A DNA stretch of 53,846 bases, taken from the sequence record PP180005; one strand, given 5' to 3'. The DNA is from Escherichia phage mEp554. The translations under genes and the position numbers were made by a program. A model generated the notes under the pieces. It ran no database searches. It was not told where the DNA came from and was given only the letters and a program-made list of their open reading frames with translations. How positions within the stretch are numbered: position 1 is the stretch's first letter; each line of letters begins with the position of its first letter. This document shows positions 1-8,847 of this stretch, piece after piece.

Positions 1-17
1 AGACAGTAACGATTAGT

Positions 18-142
18 GGTGTTCAATCCCGTTCAGACTCGTTCACGGCTGATAAAAAATATCATTTAAATTCACTAGGTTACATCTAAATCATCCTGTA
101 GTGTGTTTAAATCCGTTCAATGGTGTTAATATCCGTTCAGAT
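18..142 (+). repeat. Direct repeats GGTGTT(C)AAT(A)TCCGTTCAGA (18-38, 122-142) plus a third ATCCGTTCA copy (110-118); candidate integrase arm-type sites
   Basis: Three same-orientation copies of ATCC(C)GTTCA within 125 bp immediately upstream of int. Confidence 0.3.
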
Positions 143-147
143 AAAAC

Positions 148-169
148 TGTGTACCAAATCGTGACCAAA
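148..169. repeat. Candidate att core, left copy (TGTGTACCAAATCGTGACCAAA)
   Basis: 21/22 identical to 53753-53774; lies 16 nt upstream of the int start codon. Confidence 0.4.
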
Positions 170-185
170 AAAAAGAGGTATCAGA

Positions 186-1400
186 ATGCTGACGGATACG
201 AAATTACGCGCAATAGCAAACAAGCCATATGACGGCCCGAACGAGATAGCAGATCGCGACGGCTTATCTGCCAGGGTAAGCCCGAAAGGAAAAATAACTT
301 TCCAGTTCCGGTACAGGTTCAACGGTAAGCCAGTGAGGATGAAGATCGGCGATTACGGCAGTATGACATTGAAAGATGCACGCTACGCAGTGGCAGAATA
401 CAAAGAGCTATTAGCGAAGGGGAAGAACCCAACTGTTTCAGTAAAACAAGCGCTAAATATTGAGCGTGGCAAATTAACAATAAGCGCCATTGTGAATGAC
501 TATTTATCCCTGCCGAACGTTATTAAGCTGGTTGCATATAATGACGTCAGGAGCGCGCTTAAGCGCCATGTTGTCGATAAATTCGGTAATTATATTGCCG
601 ATGATGTCAGCACGAAGCAATGGATGGACATATTCGGCGAGATCACTGCGGCGGGACACGCTGTTACGGCTGGCCTGATACTTAAGCGAATGAAGATTGT
701 TGTGAACAGCGCTATCCGGCGCGGGCTAATGACCAGTACAGCGATAAACAATATCAGGGTTATTGATGTAGGCGAAAATTATGCGGTTGGCGAGCGTTAT
801 TTATCATGCGATGAAATAGGTCATTTCTGGCGAACGGTGGATGATTCACAGATCTACCGTCAGAACAAGATAGCATTAAAGCTATTATTGCTCACCGGGT
901 GCAGGGTGGGAGAATTGCAGAAAATGCGGAGGGAACACCTCGACCTGGATAACGGTGTGTGGACCGTTCCGGCAGCGGTGGCAAAAACAAGGAGCGAAAT
1001 CAGGCGGGGATTGTCTGATCTGTCAATAGAAATGCTCAGGGAGGTATTAACCTCCCATGAGTATGATTATGTGTTCCCGCCAGTGATTAACGGCGGCAAC
1101 AGGCCAGTAAACGCATCAGTGATAAAAGTGGCTGCAATCTTCGTGCGTAAAAGGATGGGAGGTAAATCATGGTCCTGTCACGACCTCCGAAGGACGTGCC
1201 GGACGCACCTTTCTGCTATAGGTGTTCCGGTACATATCGCGGAAAAGGTATTAGGCCATTCACTCAGGGGAATACTGGCAGTGTATGACAAATATGATTA
1301 TATTGATGAACAAAAGGAGGCGTTAAATAAATTTGCTGATTACGTCTTATCCCTGGCTGGCGTTAATCCGATCTTATCAAAGAACCGCATCACATCTTGA
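186..1400 (+). CDS. int: Tyrosine site-specific integrase (P4-like family)
   Basis: 404 aa; N-terminal MLTDTKLRA...GKPVRMKIGDYG arm-binding-like domain; C-terminal HDLRRT...HSLRGILAVYDKYDY with R..H..R..Y catalytic pattern. Confidence 0.9.
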   Translation: MLTDTKLRAIANKPYDGPNEIADRDGLSARVSPKGKITFQFRYRFNGKPVRMKIGDYGSMTLKDARYAVAEYKELLAKGKNPTVSVKQALNIERGKLTISAIVNDYLSLPNVIKLVAYNDVRSALKRHVVDKFGNYIADDVSTKQWMDIFGEITAAGHAVTAGLILKRMKIVVNSAIRRGLMTSTAINNIRVIDVGENYAVGERYLSCDEIGHFWRTVDDSQIYRQNKIALKLLLLTGCRVGELQKMRREHLDLDNGVWTVPAAVAKTRSEIRRGLSDLSIEMLREVLTSHEYDYVFPPVINGGNRPVNASVIKVAAIFVRKRMGGKSWSCHDLRRTCRTHLSAIGVPVHIAEKVLGHSLRGILAVYDKYDYIDEQKEALNKFADYVLSLAGVNPILSKNRITS

Positions 1401-1570
1401 TAGCGGTACATGACGCCCCTCCCGGTCCCCAACACATCAACCGGGTCCGGGAATGGAGTTCCGTTTTCCTCCCACTTTTTACGCCATGAATAGAACGTTC
1501 CCCTGCTAATCCCACCAAGCATACGGCAGATGGCAGGGCGACTAAGAAGAATTGTTGCCGTTTTATCCAT
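1340..1570 (-). CDS. AlpA-family excisionase / transcriptional regulator
   Basis: 76 aa; LSRPAICRMLGGISRGTFYSWRK HTH typical of AlpA/Xis; adjacent to int; 61-nt convergent overlap with int 3' end. Confidence 0.7.
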   Translation of the reverse strand: MDKTATILLSRPAICRMLGGISRGTFYSWRKKWEENGTPFPDPVDVLGTGRGVMYRYQDVMRFFDKIGLTPARDKT

Positions 1571-2232
1571 TATCTTTTCCCCGTGTATTCAACGTGTCCG
1601 ATACATCCATCAATAATAGCTTGCGCCATATTGCGATAATCACGCGTAAATTCACTGTCACGGCTAAAGTCGATCTCGCTTGCCGCGTCATTACCCATAA
1701 CCTTAGTGGCAAGTGCGAACGCTATTCCAGCGAGCGCCTTTTCTTTAGGATCTACATACAGCCTGAAAAAGTATGATGCAAATGATAATGGCTTCTCTTC
1801 GCAATCATCTTCCTTGCTTTCACATATACCCCATTTGTCACCAACATATTTAAATTTAACGACATCGAGAACCCTTCCGCTCGTAAGACCTACACAATCA
1901 AGCCACACACCAACCGGAGGTTTTTCGCCTGCCAACCATTCAGTTTTTTCTTGTTGAGCATCACAATCATGTCGCTCATCTTCGATTAATTCATCAATGA
2001 TTTCACTTTCTTTATTCATACCGTCATCATCCTTATTCGATAAATTAGCGTATTCATCAAATTTCCAGCTTGCAGCCATAACCGAATAAGTGCCGCCAGT
2101 GTCAGCGCGAACACCTAATAAATAGTATGATCCAAAATTATATTCTGTGCGGCATGTTGTTACCTCAAACGATGGGTAACACTCAGGGTTAGTTCGATGG
2201 CTAATCACGCCAATTGCTTTGAGTTTATTCAT
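1570..2232 (-). CDS. Hypothetical protein (acidic, 220 aa)
   Basis: Long ORF with GAGGA SD; no recognisable motif. Confidence 0.55.
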   Translation of the reverse strand: MNKLKAIGVISHRTNPECYPSFEVTTCRTEYNFGSYYLLGVRADTGGTYSVMAASWKFDEYANLSNKDDDGMNKESEIIDELIEDERHDCDAQQEKTEWLAGEKPPVGVWLDCVGLTSGRVLDVVKFKYVGDKWGICESKEDDCEEKPLSFASYFFRLYVDPKEKALAGIAFALATKVMGNDAASEIDFSRDSEFTRDYRNMAQAIIDGCIGHVEYTGKR

Positions 2233-2246
2233 TTGCTTATCCTCAA

Positions 2247-2423
2247 TTACGCCACAGTTACATTGTCAACTTTGATAAAATATTCAGGGTGGTTTTCTAT
2301 TTCGTGCTTAAAGTGCGCATGACACAATCGCCAATCACGCGCCTGATTGTGAAAATAGTAAACGTATTCGCCATCAATCTTGTATAAAATGCCCGTAGGT
2401 TTAGCCATGTAGTAACGAACCAT
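2247..2423 (-). CDS. Hypothetical protein
   Basis: Start set at MVRYYMAK ATG sharing TAATG with NinB stop. Confidence 0.45.
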   Translation of the reverse strand: MVRYYMAKPTGILYKIDGEYVYYFHNQARDWRLCHAHFKHEIENHPEYFIKVDNVTVA

Positions 2424-2854
2424 TATTGCCCCCAGCGTTTTATAAATTCCTCGTTTAACTTCGTATCGCCAGACCACTGAACACCGTGTTCAGCGCCGAA
2501 CGAGTAGATCAGTTCGATTAATTCGCTAAATTCTGCTTTACTCATCCGGCTGGTTGACGTACCAAGCACAACAAAACCTGATTTATCAAGGTTAGGGACA
2601 ACGCCATATTTCTTAAGCCCGGCAGTAAATACCGCTTTCCAGTCTTCAGGGGACAGCTTTTTGCCGTACCAATTAACCTGATCGCTAACGTCTGTCAGCA
2701 GCGCCCAAAGCAACGCGTTTTGACTCAGCGACCGGGTTTTCTCCTGGATGGTAATTACCAGCGGGCTTTTGCTATCTGGCTGGATCTCTCTTATCTGCCT
2801 GACAGCATTTTCTTTCACGGCGTCGTTTACTATCTCAAATCTAATTTGCCTCAT
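2423..2854 (-). CDS. ninB: NinB-family recombination protein
   Basis: 143 aa; VITIQEKTRSLSQNALLWALLTDVSDQVNWYGKKL...GFVVLGTSTSRMSKAEFSELIELI matches lambda NinB closely. Confidence 0.85.
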   Translation of the reverse strand: MRQIRFEIVNDAVKENAVRQIREIQPDSKSPLVITIQEKTRSLSQNALLWALLTDVSDQVNWYGKKLSPEDWKAVFTAGLKKYGVVPNLDKSGFVVLGTSTSRMSKAEFSELIELIYSFGAEHGVQWSGDTKLNEEFIKRWGQ

Positions 2855-3048
2855 GATACACCGTTACTATTTTTCCACTGCGCCCGCGCATACATGATCG
2901 CCCGCAAAGAAATTAGGCGCGAGCTTGTCATAAAAGCGCTTTTTAAGTACCTCATATCAACAACAACAGGCTTATCAGGATCGTCGCTGCGCATGTATTC
3001 CGCAATCGTGCTCAAGTCTTCAACTGTCAATTCCAATTCCCTGTTCAT
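2851..3048 (-). CDS. Hypothetical protein
   Basis: Start at MNRELELTV with AAGGTGG SD. Confidence 0.45.
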   Translation of the reverse strand: MNRELELTVEDLSTIAEYMRSDDPDKPVVVDMRYLKSAFMTSSRLISLRAIMYARAQWKNSNGVS

Positions 3049-3058
3049 GATCGCCACC

Positions 3059-3265
3059 TTACACAATCCGCATTGTGTTTCGTAATTCACCGCGCAACGC
3101 CTGTAAAGCGTAACGAATCGACACAAAAGCCCGGTTAAATTTTACGTGCCTGTATTTGCGCATTAGTGGCGGCGTATAAACCATCGCGCCGCAAGGATCG
3201 CATGGGAATTTAAAGTGAGATTCGTCAATAAACGTTTCAACTGAATAAAAAATTACCCGTCTCAT
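3059..3265 (-). CDS. Hypothetical protein
   Basis: ORF with ATGA start/stop overlap to upstream gene. Confidence 0.4.
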   Translation of the reverse strand: MRRVIFYSVETFIDESHFKFPCDPCGAMVYTPPLMRKYRHVKFNRAFVSIRYALQALRGELRNTMRIV

Positions 3266-3819
3266 AATTCCAACCCCGTTTCGCCGTTAAGTTTTTCGAT
3301 CTCAAATATTGGTTTATCCGGTAGCAGGCCGTTATTTTTCCGGTATTCGTTCAGGCGTCTGTCAAAGTCAAAAGCCAAATCATTAGCGTGACCGAAGCGC
3401 CCAGGTTTAAACAATGAGTAAAAATTTACCCCGTGTCGGTTAGGGTCAACGCAAAGCGTTTCATCAATAACCATTAAACGCAGAGTACGAGATAGATAAT
3501 TCCACGGAATACCCGTTTCCGCGCTAATGTCGCGCATACGCTTTTTAACGCTGTAGTCACCAAATAACGCAGCGACGCGCTCGCGACGTTCAGCATATAA
3601 CTGTTTAATACGATAACCAAGCAGTCGGCGGCGGCGTCCAAAACATGTATACACGCGCTCGACGATGCCGTTTTTTATTAAGTGTTTAATTGTCTCAGGC
3701 ATGATTCCATCCTTATCATACCCGACCAATAATCCTGTTTTCTGGCGTAACTGGTGCATTGTTGCGATGCCATCAAGTTCAAGGATATTGATAATTTTTG
3801 TTTCAATTTCAGCGCTCAT
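3262..3819 (-). CDS. Hypothetical protein (185 aa)
   Basis: ORF with GAGG SD; downstream of helicase in the same operon. Confidence 0.55.
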   Translation of the reverse strand: MSAEIETKIINILELDGIATMHQLRQKTGLLVGYDKDGIMPETIKHLIKNGIVERVYTCFGRRRRLLGYRIKQLYAERRERVAALFGDYSVKKRMRDISAETGIPWNYLSRTLRLMVIDETLCVDPNRHGVNFYSLFKPGRFGHANDLAFDFDRRLNEYRKNNGLLPDKPIFEIEKLNGETGLEL

Positions 3820-3895
3820 TTTTAGCCTCGTTTAAAACGCGATAACAGCCACCAGAAAGCGGTAAACTTTCCGGCAAGCTGTTTGCTAATATTGA

Positions 3896-5311
3896 TTAAA
3901 AAGATGCGTTATTCTGATTGTTTCGTTGGTTAAAACGGCTTGTGCGATGATTCATTGACTGAATGCACGCTGCGGCTGCGCGCGCCTGGTCGCATGGCAA
4001 GATATTACCGTTGTCATCAAACCGCTGGTAAACAGTTCCAGACTTACCATGACGGTTTTTTGACACAATAATTTCCATATATTCGCGGGCAACAGACTGT
4101 TCATCGTAATATCCATCTCGGTAAACCATGATTATCCTGTCGGCATCTTGCTCAAGGTTGCCCGAATCACGAAGATCAGAATTGTTAGGTCGCTTGTTCG
4201 GTCGTTCCTCAACACGGCGGGACAATTGCGCCAGCGCCAACACTGGTACACGCAATTCTTTAGCCATCATCTTTAACGACCACGACAATTGCCCTACGGC
4301 GAGATCATGACGTTCGGCCTTAGCCAGCTTCATTAACCCGATATAGTCAATCATTACCATACCCAGGTTCGGGTGATCCTGCTTCATCCGTTCCGTTGTT
4401 GCGCGTATTTCCTCAACCGTTAACTGCGACGCGTCAACGATCCACACATCAAGATTAGCAAGTGCGCTCATACCCTGGCCGACATGCGCCCACCCCTCAT
4501 CATCAAGTTTTACAGGATTGCGCAGGCAGTCGGTTGATAAATTACCAGCGCCCGCGATAGCGCGCTCAGTCATCTGATCGAGTGACATTTCAAGCGTGAA
4601 GAACAAAACGCCAACCCGCTGATCCTTGCTGCCAGGGTAAGGTCGCTCAGCGGCAGCGCGGGCAATTGTCAGCGCCAACGCAGATTTACCAGACCCAGGG
4701 CGTCCGGCGAGAAGTACCAAATCAGTAGCGTTAATGCCGCCCAACATTTCGTCGAGTGGTTCTATACCTGTTTTGATGTTGTCAGAGTTGACACCGCATT
4801 CCATGCGCTTGCTTAAAACGTCAGTATATTCCTGTACCGCATCGCGCAACAGAACAGGAATGATCTTGTCTTTCGTTACCTTTAATTTTGAATACCGGGA
4901 ATCAAAATCTTTCATCGTCTCTTTGACGACCTCAAGCGTCCCAGTCTCCAGTTTGTAGCGCATATCGTCGATTAGTTCCAACATCTGCCGCCGCTGGTGC
5001 TCTTCACGTAGTAACTGTGCGTATCCCTTCAGGTTGGCAGCAGACGGGCACGAACGCGCCGTTTGCATTAGCGGTACGAAATTTTCATTACCAATCTCAT
5101 CACCGACCAGCAACGCATCTATGAGATTTCTGTTTCTGGCTTGTGCCCGGATAACTTCAAACGCACGTTTATAGAGCGGGATCGTGAACACTTCAGGATC
5201 AAGTGTGGCGAGAACATCTTGCGCGTTAGGAGTTAGGCCACCTAACAGCAGCCCGCCGATAACTGACGCCTCACGTTCCTGCCGTAGTGAGTTTATTTGC
5301 TCAGTTACCAT
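3896..5311 (-). CDS. Replicative DNA helicase, DnaB family
   Basis: 471 aa; Walker A GRPGSGKSALALTIA; DnaB-like N-terminal domain; GGAGG SD. Confidence 0.9.
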   Translation of the reverse strand: MVTEQINSLRQEREASVIGGLLLGGLTPNAQDVLATLDPEVFTIPLYKRAFEVIRAQARNRNLIDALLVGDEIGNENFVPLMQTARSCPSAANLKGYAQLLREEHQRRQMLELIDDMRYKLETGTLEVVKETMKDFDSRYSKLKVTKDKIIPVLLRDAVQEYTDVLSKRMECGVNSDNIKTGIEPLDEMLGGINATDLVLLAGRPGSGKSALALTIARAAAERPYPGSKDQRVGVLFFTLEMSLDQMTERAIAGAGNLSTDCLRNPVKLDDEGWAHVGQGMSALANLDVWIVDASQLTVEEIRATTERMKQDHPNLGMVMIDYIGLMKLAKAERHDLAVGQLSWSLKMMAKELRVPVLALAQLSRRVEERPNKRPNNSDLRDSGNLEQDADRIIMVYRDGYYDEQSVAREYMEIIVSKNRHGKSGTVYQRFDDNGNILPCDQARAAAACIQSMNHRTSRFNQRNNQNNASF

Positions 5312-5329
5312 TATGTTATTTCCTCCGGT

Positions 5330-6448
5330 TTACAAAATGGAAAATTCAGGGTAATAAACAAAGCGCCCGATCTCACCATGATCCGGGCTGTAAATTATTA
5401 CCGCCGCCAGGCGACGCGACCGCCAGCCGCCATTAGTTGAATAGGCATCTTTACCAGCTAACGTGCCGTGATACTCAACAACGCCCAACGATGATTCAAT
5501 CATCCGTTGATGATGCCAGTGCCCGCAGTGGGCGTAAACCGCCGCAGACTTGCCGAAATCCTCGCGCCAGTCAGCTACGCAAGCAGCCAATAAGTTTTCC
5601 GGCTTTTTGATAGTGTGCCCGTGGTGGTAAGCAAGGAATGTTTTCCCGTACTGCGTGTGGTGGACGATAGTAGGTGACACATCAACCGTCACGCGCGGTT
5701 CATCTTCGTAAAAAGCCGCCAGCGCCGCACGTAGCCAAATCATACCAGACTGGTCATGATTCCCTGATAACACCTGGATTTCCACATCCTTATGATTTAG
5801 CAACATCTTTCCTACAGCCCGCCGGACAGACCGGATCGCCACATAAACAAGTTTTGCGTAGCGCGAATCGCAATCAAGAACGTGATTGCTTGATGGCGTC
5901 ACTGGTAACAATCCGTCAGTGTGAAGCAGGTCGCCCCCGAGAAGAAGAACCGCTTTTTCACTCATAGGGGCAGCGCCAACTGCGTAGTCAAAGAAGTCAT
6001 TTAACACGCGTTCAGCGATCCCAGTGTCGTAGCTCTCGCCGCATTCAGCTTTATGAGCAAGCGCCCCGATGTGCAGGTCAAACACCGGATAAAGTGCCAG
6101 GCTTTTTTGAAAATCAATTTCAGGCACTGGCACGGCCTCCGCGCGTGGTATTTCTTCCGTGAATGCGTCGCGGGCCGCTTCCATTAACTGTTCCATTTCG
6201 TCGCGGTCACGGGCTGTTTTAATCCAGCGCATGATCACATTGCCATCCTTATCGACTAGCAACGACTCGCCATTAACACCAAAACCAGGAGCGCGGCGCG
6301 TTGATAATAAACCGCGTTTTGCCAGTTTTGCTCCCAGGCGTTCGACATTGCGTTTAGACATGCCGTACTTTTCAGCGATCTGTTTGTACGTTAATCCGTT
6401 GTTATATTCAGCGATCAATTGCTCATCACTGATTTTTCTTTGCGACAT
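5330..6448 (-). CDS. HTH domain protein fused to calcineurin-like metallophosphoesterase
   Basis: Phosphoesterase motifs DLH, GDLLHTDG, GNHD, HHGH, GHWHH; N-terminal LTYKQIAEKYGMSKRNVERL HTH; start at SD-preceded MSQRK. Confidence 0.75.
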   Translation of the reverse strand: MSQRKISDEQLIAEYNNGLTYKQIAEKYGMSKRNVERLGAKLAKRGLLSTRRAPGFGVNGESLLVDKDGNVIMRWIKTARDRDEMEQLMEAARDAFTEEIPRAEAVPVPEIDFQKSLALYPVFDLHIGALAHKAECGESYDTGIAERVLNDFFDYAVGAAPMSEKAVLLLGGDLLHTDGLLPVTPSSNHVLDCDSRYAKLVYVAIRSVRRAVGKMLLNHKDVEIQVLSGNHDQSGMIWLRAALAAFYEDEPRVTVDVSPTIVHHTQYGKTFLAYHHGHTIKKPENLLAACVADWREDFGKSAAVYAHCGHWHHQRMIESSLGVVEYHGTLAGKDAYSTNGGWRSRRLAAVIIYSPDHGEIGRFVYYPEFSIL

Positions 6449-6481
6449 AATGTTAATCCCTCCAGTTAACAAAATGTATAC

Positions 6482-7225
6482 CTATTTGCACGCAAAAAGT
6501 TCAGACACCCAAAGTTGACCCTTAGCAGTAAATAGTGATTGTACATAACCAGCATCCGAACATTTTACCACTCCATAGCCTTTGTCTAAAAACCACTGTT
6601 TGAACATGCGCCCGCCGCGCCTAATTCGCGTATCGTACACGTCAACCTGTTCAAGTTTTTTGTTGAGTTGCGTAGCAGTCATACCCAAAGGCTTGGCAAC
6701 CTGTGTAGCGTTGCGATACTGTTTGTTTCTCACAATCGCATCACAGACAGCCGCTTTTGGCGCTAATTCCTTGTTTTCCAGCTCCAGCCGTTCAGCTTCT
6801 TTCTGTGCTAATAGTTTTTGTTCCACCTCATCAGCCCATGCGCGAGCCGCAGCAACCGGGTCAGTGAAATCCGGCAAAGCTGGTTTAAAACCGTAATGTC
6901 CATTTTCACGCAAAGCAGGGAGAACATCCTCGCACACCCAATCCTGGAAGCGCTCAGCCGATTCTATTTTTGATCGCATCACAAGGCGGTAAACATCTGA
7001 TTCATGGATTAGCGTTACGCCTTGCGGGATTGGAGCGAATCCCAAATGTTCCATTTCAGAACATTTTATTTTTATCAATGACTTACAGTGATCTTTGATA
7101 GCTTTTTGTGGCGTAGCGTAACCAAGCGCCCGCGCCACATCCATTGCAACAAAAGCAGGTTTACCATCATAAATTACAGCAGTGATTTTATTGTCATCAA
7201 AATTAAAGCACATCAACTCAGACAT
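6482..7225 (-). CDS. Antirepressor-like protein (Bro-N N-terminal, KilA-C-like C-terminal domain)
   Basis: N-terminal FNFDDNKITAVIYDGKPAFVAMDVARALGY (Bro-N-like); C-terminal QVAKPLGMTATQLNKKLEQ (KilA-C-like); GGAG SD. Confidence 0.65.
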   Translation of the reverse strand: MSELMCFNFDDNKITAVIYDGKPAFVAMDVARALGYATPQKAIKDHCKSLIKIKCSEMEHLGFAPIPQGVTLIHESDVYRLVMRSKIESAERFQDWVCEDVLPALRENGHYGFKPALPDFTDPVAAARAWADEVEQKLLAQKEAERLELENKELAPKAAVCDAIVRNKQYRNATQVAKPLGMTATQLNKKLEQVDVYDTRIRRGGRMFKQWFLDKGYGVVKCSDAGYVQSLFTAKGQLWVSELFACK

Positions 7226-7357
7226 TGTAATTTCTCCGTAAAACGCGCTACAACGCAAAAATCCCACCGCGTAACCCGATTGCACAGGTTGCAGTGTTTT
7301 ATTGCGTCAGAGGCGCTTTCAGATGGCTAATTTTTGATTTACAGACTGATATGAATG

Positions 7358-7459
7358 TTATGGATTGACTAGAAGGAACAAACCGCCGAACAAAGCGACG
7401 TTAACAGCGATTGCAGCAGCGATGGCAAAAGCCAGGGCGAAAACGTGTTTACCGTCCAT
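7358..7459 (-). CDS. Single-helix hydrophobic mini-protein (33 aa)
   Basis: MDGKHVFALAFAIAAAIAVNVALFGGLFLLVNP; GAGAGGA SD. Confidence 0.35.
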   Translation of the reverse strand: MDGKHVFALAFAIAAAIAVNVALFGGLFLLVNP

Positions 7460-7593
7460 TTTCAAAATCCTCTCTAAAACGCTCTATAACGAGCTAAATA
7501 GCTAAAGGTATGCAAGTGTAGCACCAAATGCTTTTTAGCTCGCTGGTGAGCTTGTTTGGTTGGTTATTTTTGATTTTTGCGGATCGTGGTTGG

Positions 7594-8580
7594 TCAAAGA
7601 GCGCCTGCGCGTGTATCACGTAGCGTTTTTGGTTTAAGCAGGAAATCAAGTGTCGCAGTGAAGCCATCGCCGAAGTAAAAATCTGAAGCATTGTTTTTGA
7701 ACGTTTCAAAGTAGGCGACAAAGCCGTTAATGCTTTTGTCTTTCAGGTAGTCAGTGAACGCGTAGATCTTGCGTTCAAGATCCCGATCCAGTTCGGCAGG
7801 TGGCAACAGGCCATCAAACGTGCTGTTAAATGCCTCCACTACGTCTGCAGCGTTTGCAGTGGCTGACAGGTTGCGCCATTTTTCAGCATCAGCCAGATAC
7901 CCATCAAATTTAGTTACCCGGCAAATGTTAATAGGCTTAGGTGTTCCGCCACGACTACGCCATTGCGTTAAAGCCCACTCAATCACTAATGTGATCTCAT
8001 CCTCTGTGTACGCTTTACGTGTTTTTGTTTCTGTCAGTAGTTCTATGAATGGCTTTGCATCACGACATTTGCATCCTGCCTTGTCGTTATAGAAGGCCAG
8101 GCAACGCAATGCCGCTTCGTTTACTCCATCCTGATTGACCTGTTTTTCTTCTGGGGGGATACAAGGGGGTATATCTTTAATGTTCTCTTTACTGGTTATA
8201 TATGACTGATTAGGGTGTCTCTCTGACACTACCCCCGGTGTCACTGTGACACTACCCCGGTGTCTCTCTGACACTACCCCCGGTGTCTCTCTGACACTAC
8301 CCAGCAATGATGGTAGGACTATCACATAGAAGTTACTCGTTTGCTCCTTTCCTCCGATTAAGTATCTTGGTTGTTTAATCAATAGACCTTTCTCACAAAG
8401 GGCGTCGACGGCCCTCATTGCCGTACTCTTACTGATCTCGCATTCCTTTGCTATGTGATGATAAGAAGGGTAACACTCGCCGTTATCATTAGCGTTATCA
8501 GCTAACTTCAACAGCACTAGTTTGTGCATTGGGTTGCCGACCTCAGTATGGAAGACTTCTACCATTAGCCGCATACTCAT
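7594..8580 (-). CDS. Replication initiation protein (N-terminal winged-helix domain; iterons inside gene)
   Basis: N-terminal HKLVLLKLADNANDNGECYPSYHHIAKECEIS; four 22-23 bp iterons within coding sequence; sits upstream of helicase; start uncertain (8529-8595). Confidence 0.7.
   Translation of the reverse strand: MSMRLMVEVFHTEVGNPMHKLVLLKLADNANDNGECYPSYHHIAKECEISKSTAMRAVDALCEKGLLIKQPRYLIGGKEQTSNFYVIVLPSLLGSVRETPGVVSERHRGSVTVTPGVVSERHPNQSYITSKENIKDIPPCIPPEEKQVNQDGVNEAALRCLAFYNDKAGCKCRDAKPFIELLTETKTRKAYTEDEITLVIEWALTQWRSRGGTPKPINICRVTKFDGYLADAEKWRNLSATANAADVVEAFNSTFDGLLPPAELDRDLERKIYAFTDYLKDKSINGFVAYFETFKNNASDFYFGDGFTATLDFLLKPKTLRDTRAGAL
8214..8303. repeat. Origin iterons: four tandem 22-23 bp repeats GGTGTCTCTCTGACACTACCCCC, each with internal GTGTC/GACAC inverted repeat; AT-rich stretch at 8171-8213
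   Basis: Directly visible tandem repeats in rep gene, encoding SVRETPGVVSERH repeats; lambda O/ori-like arrangement. Confidence 0.7.
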
Positions 8581-8601
8581 AAGCATTAACCTCATGACGG
8601 A

Positions 8602-8847
8602 CTAAAACATTAACTGATAAACACAGAAGAAACCTGGCAGCTGGCTGATTAGGCCGCTTCTTTTCAGTTGATGCAGTGCAGAGATAGTATCGCGTAACGA
8701 AATTTCGCACATTTCCGCGATCTCTTCCGGCGTTACTTCGCTTTTGCCGTTGCATCCGGCCTTTGTTGCCAGTGCAATTAAGATGAGTTTTTGCACATGA
8801 TCATTGTTATTCAGGCGAATATCAAAAGCCTTGCGAACGTAATACAT
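8602..8847 (-). CDS. Small winged-helix DNA-binding protein, paralog of the replication initiator N-terminal domain; first gene of leftward operon (Cro position)
   Basis: VQKLILIALATKAGCNGKSEVTPEEIAEMCEIS aligns with rep N-terminus; GGAG SD before MYYVRK. Confidence 0.5.
   Translation of the reverse strand: MYYVRKAFDIRLNNNDHVQKLILIALATKAGCNGKSEVTPEEIAEMCEISLRDTISALHQLKRSGLISQLPGFFCVYQLMF

Noticed and set aside
1-147. Possible tRNA gene 3' end at the left prophage junction
   Set aside because: No T-loop/acceptor-stem/CCA pattern recognisable by eye; the repeats here look like protein-binding direct repeats instead. A proper tRNA scan was not possible.
5674-6896. Plus-strand ORFs (5674-5967, 6159-6518, 6582-6896) inside minus-strand replication and antirepressor genes
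   Set aside because: Antisense to well-supported genes with motif evidence; products are low-complexity.
8214-8303. Tandem repeats considered as a possible CRISPR array
   Set aside because: Only four copies, no unique spacers, located inside the replication initiator ORF; explained as origin iterons.
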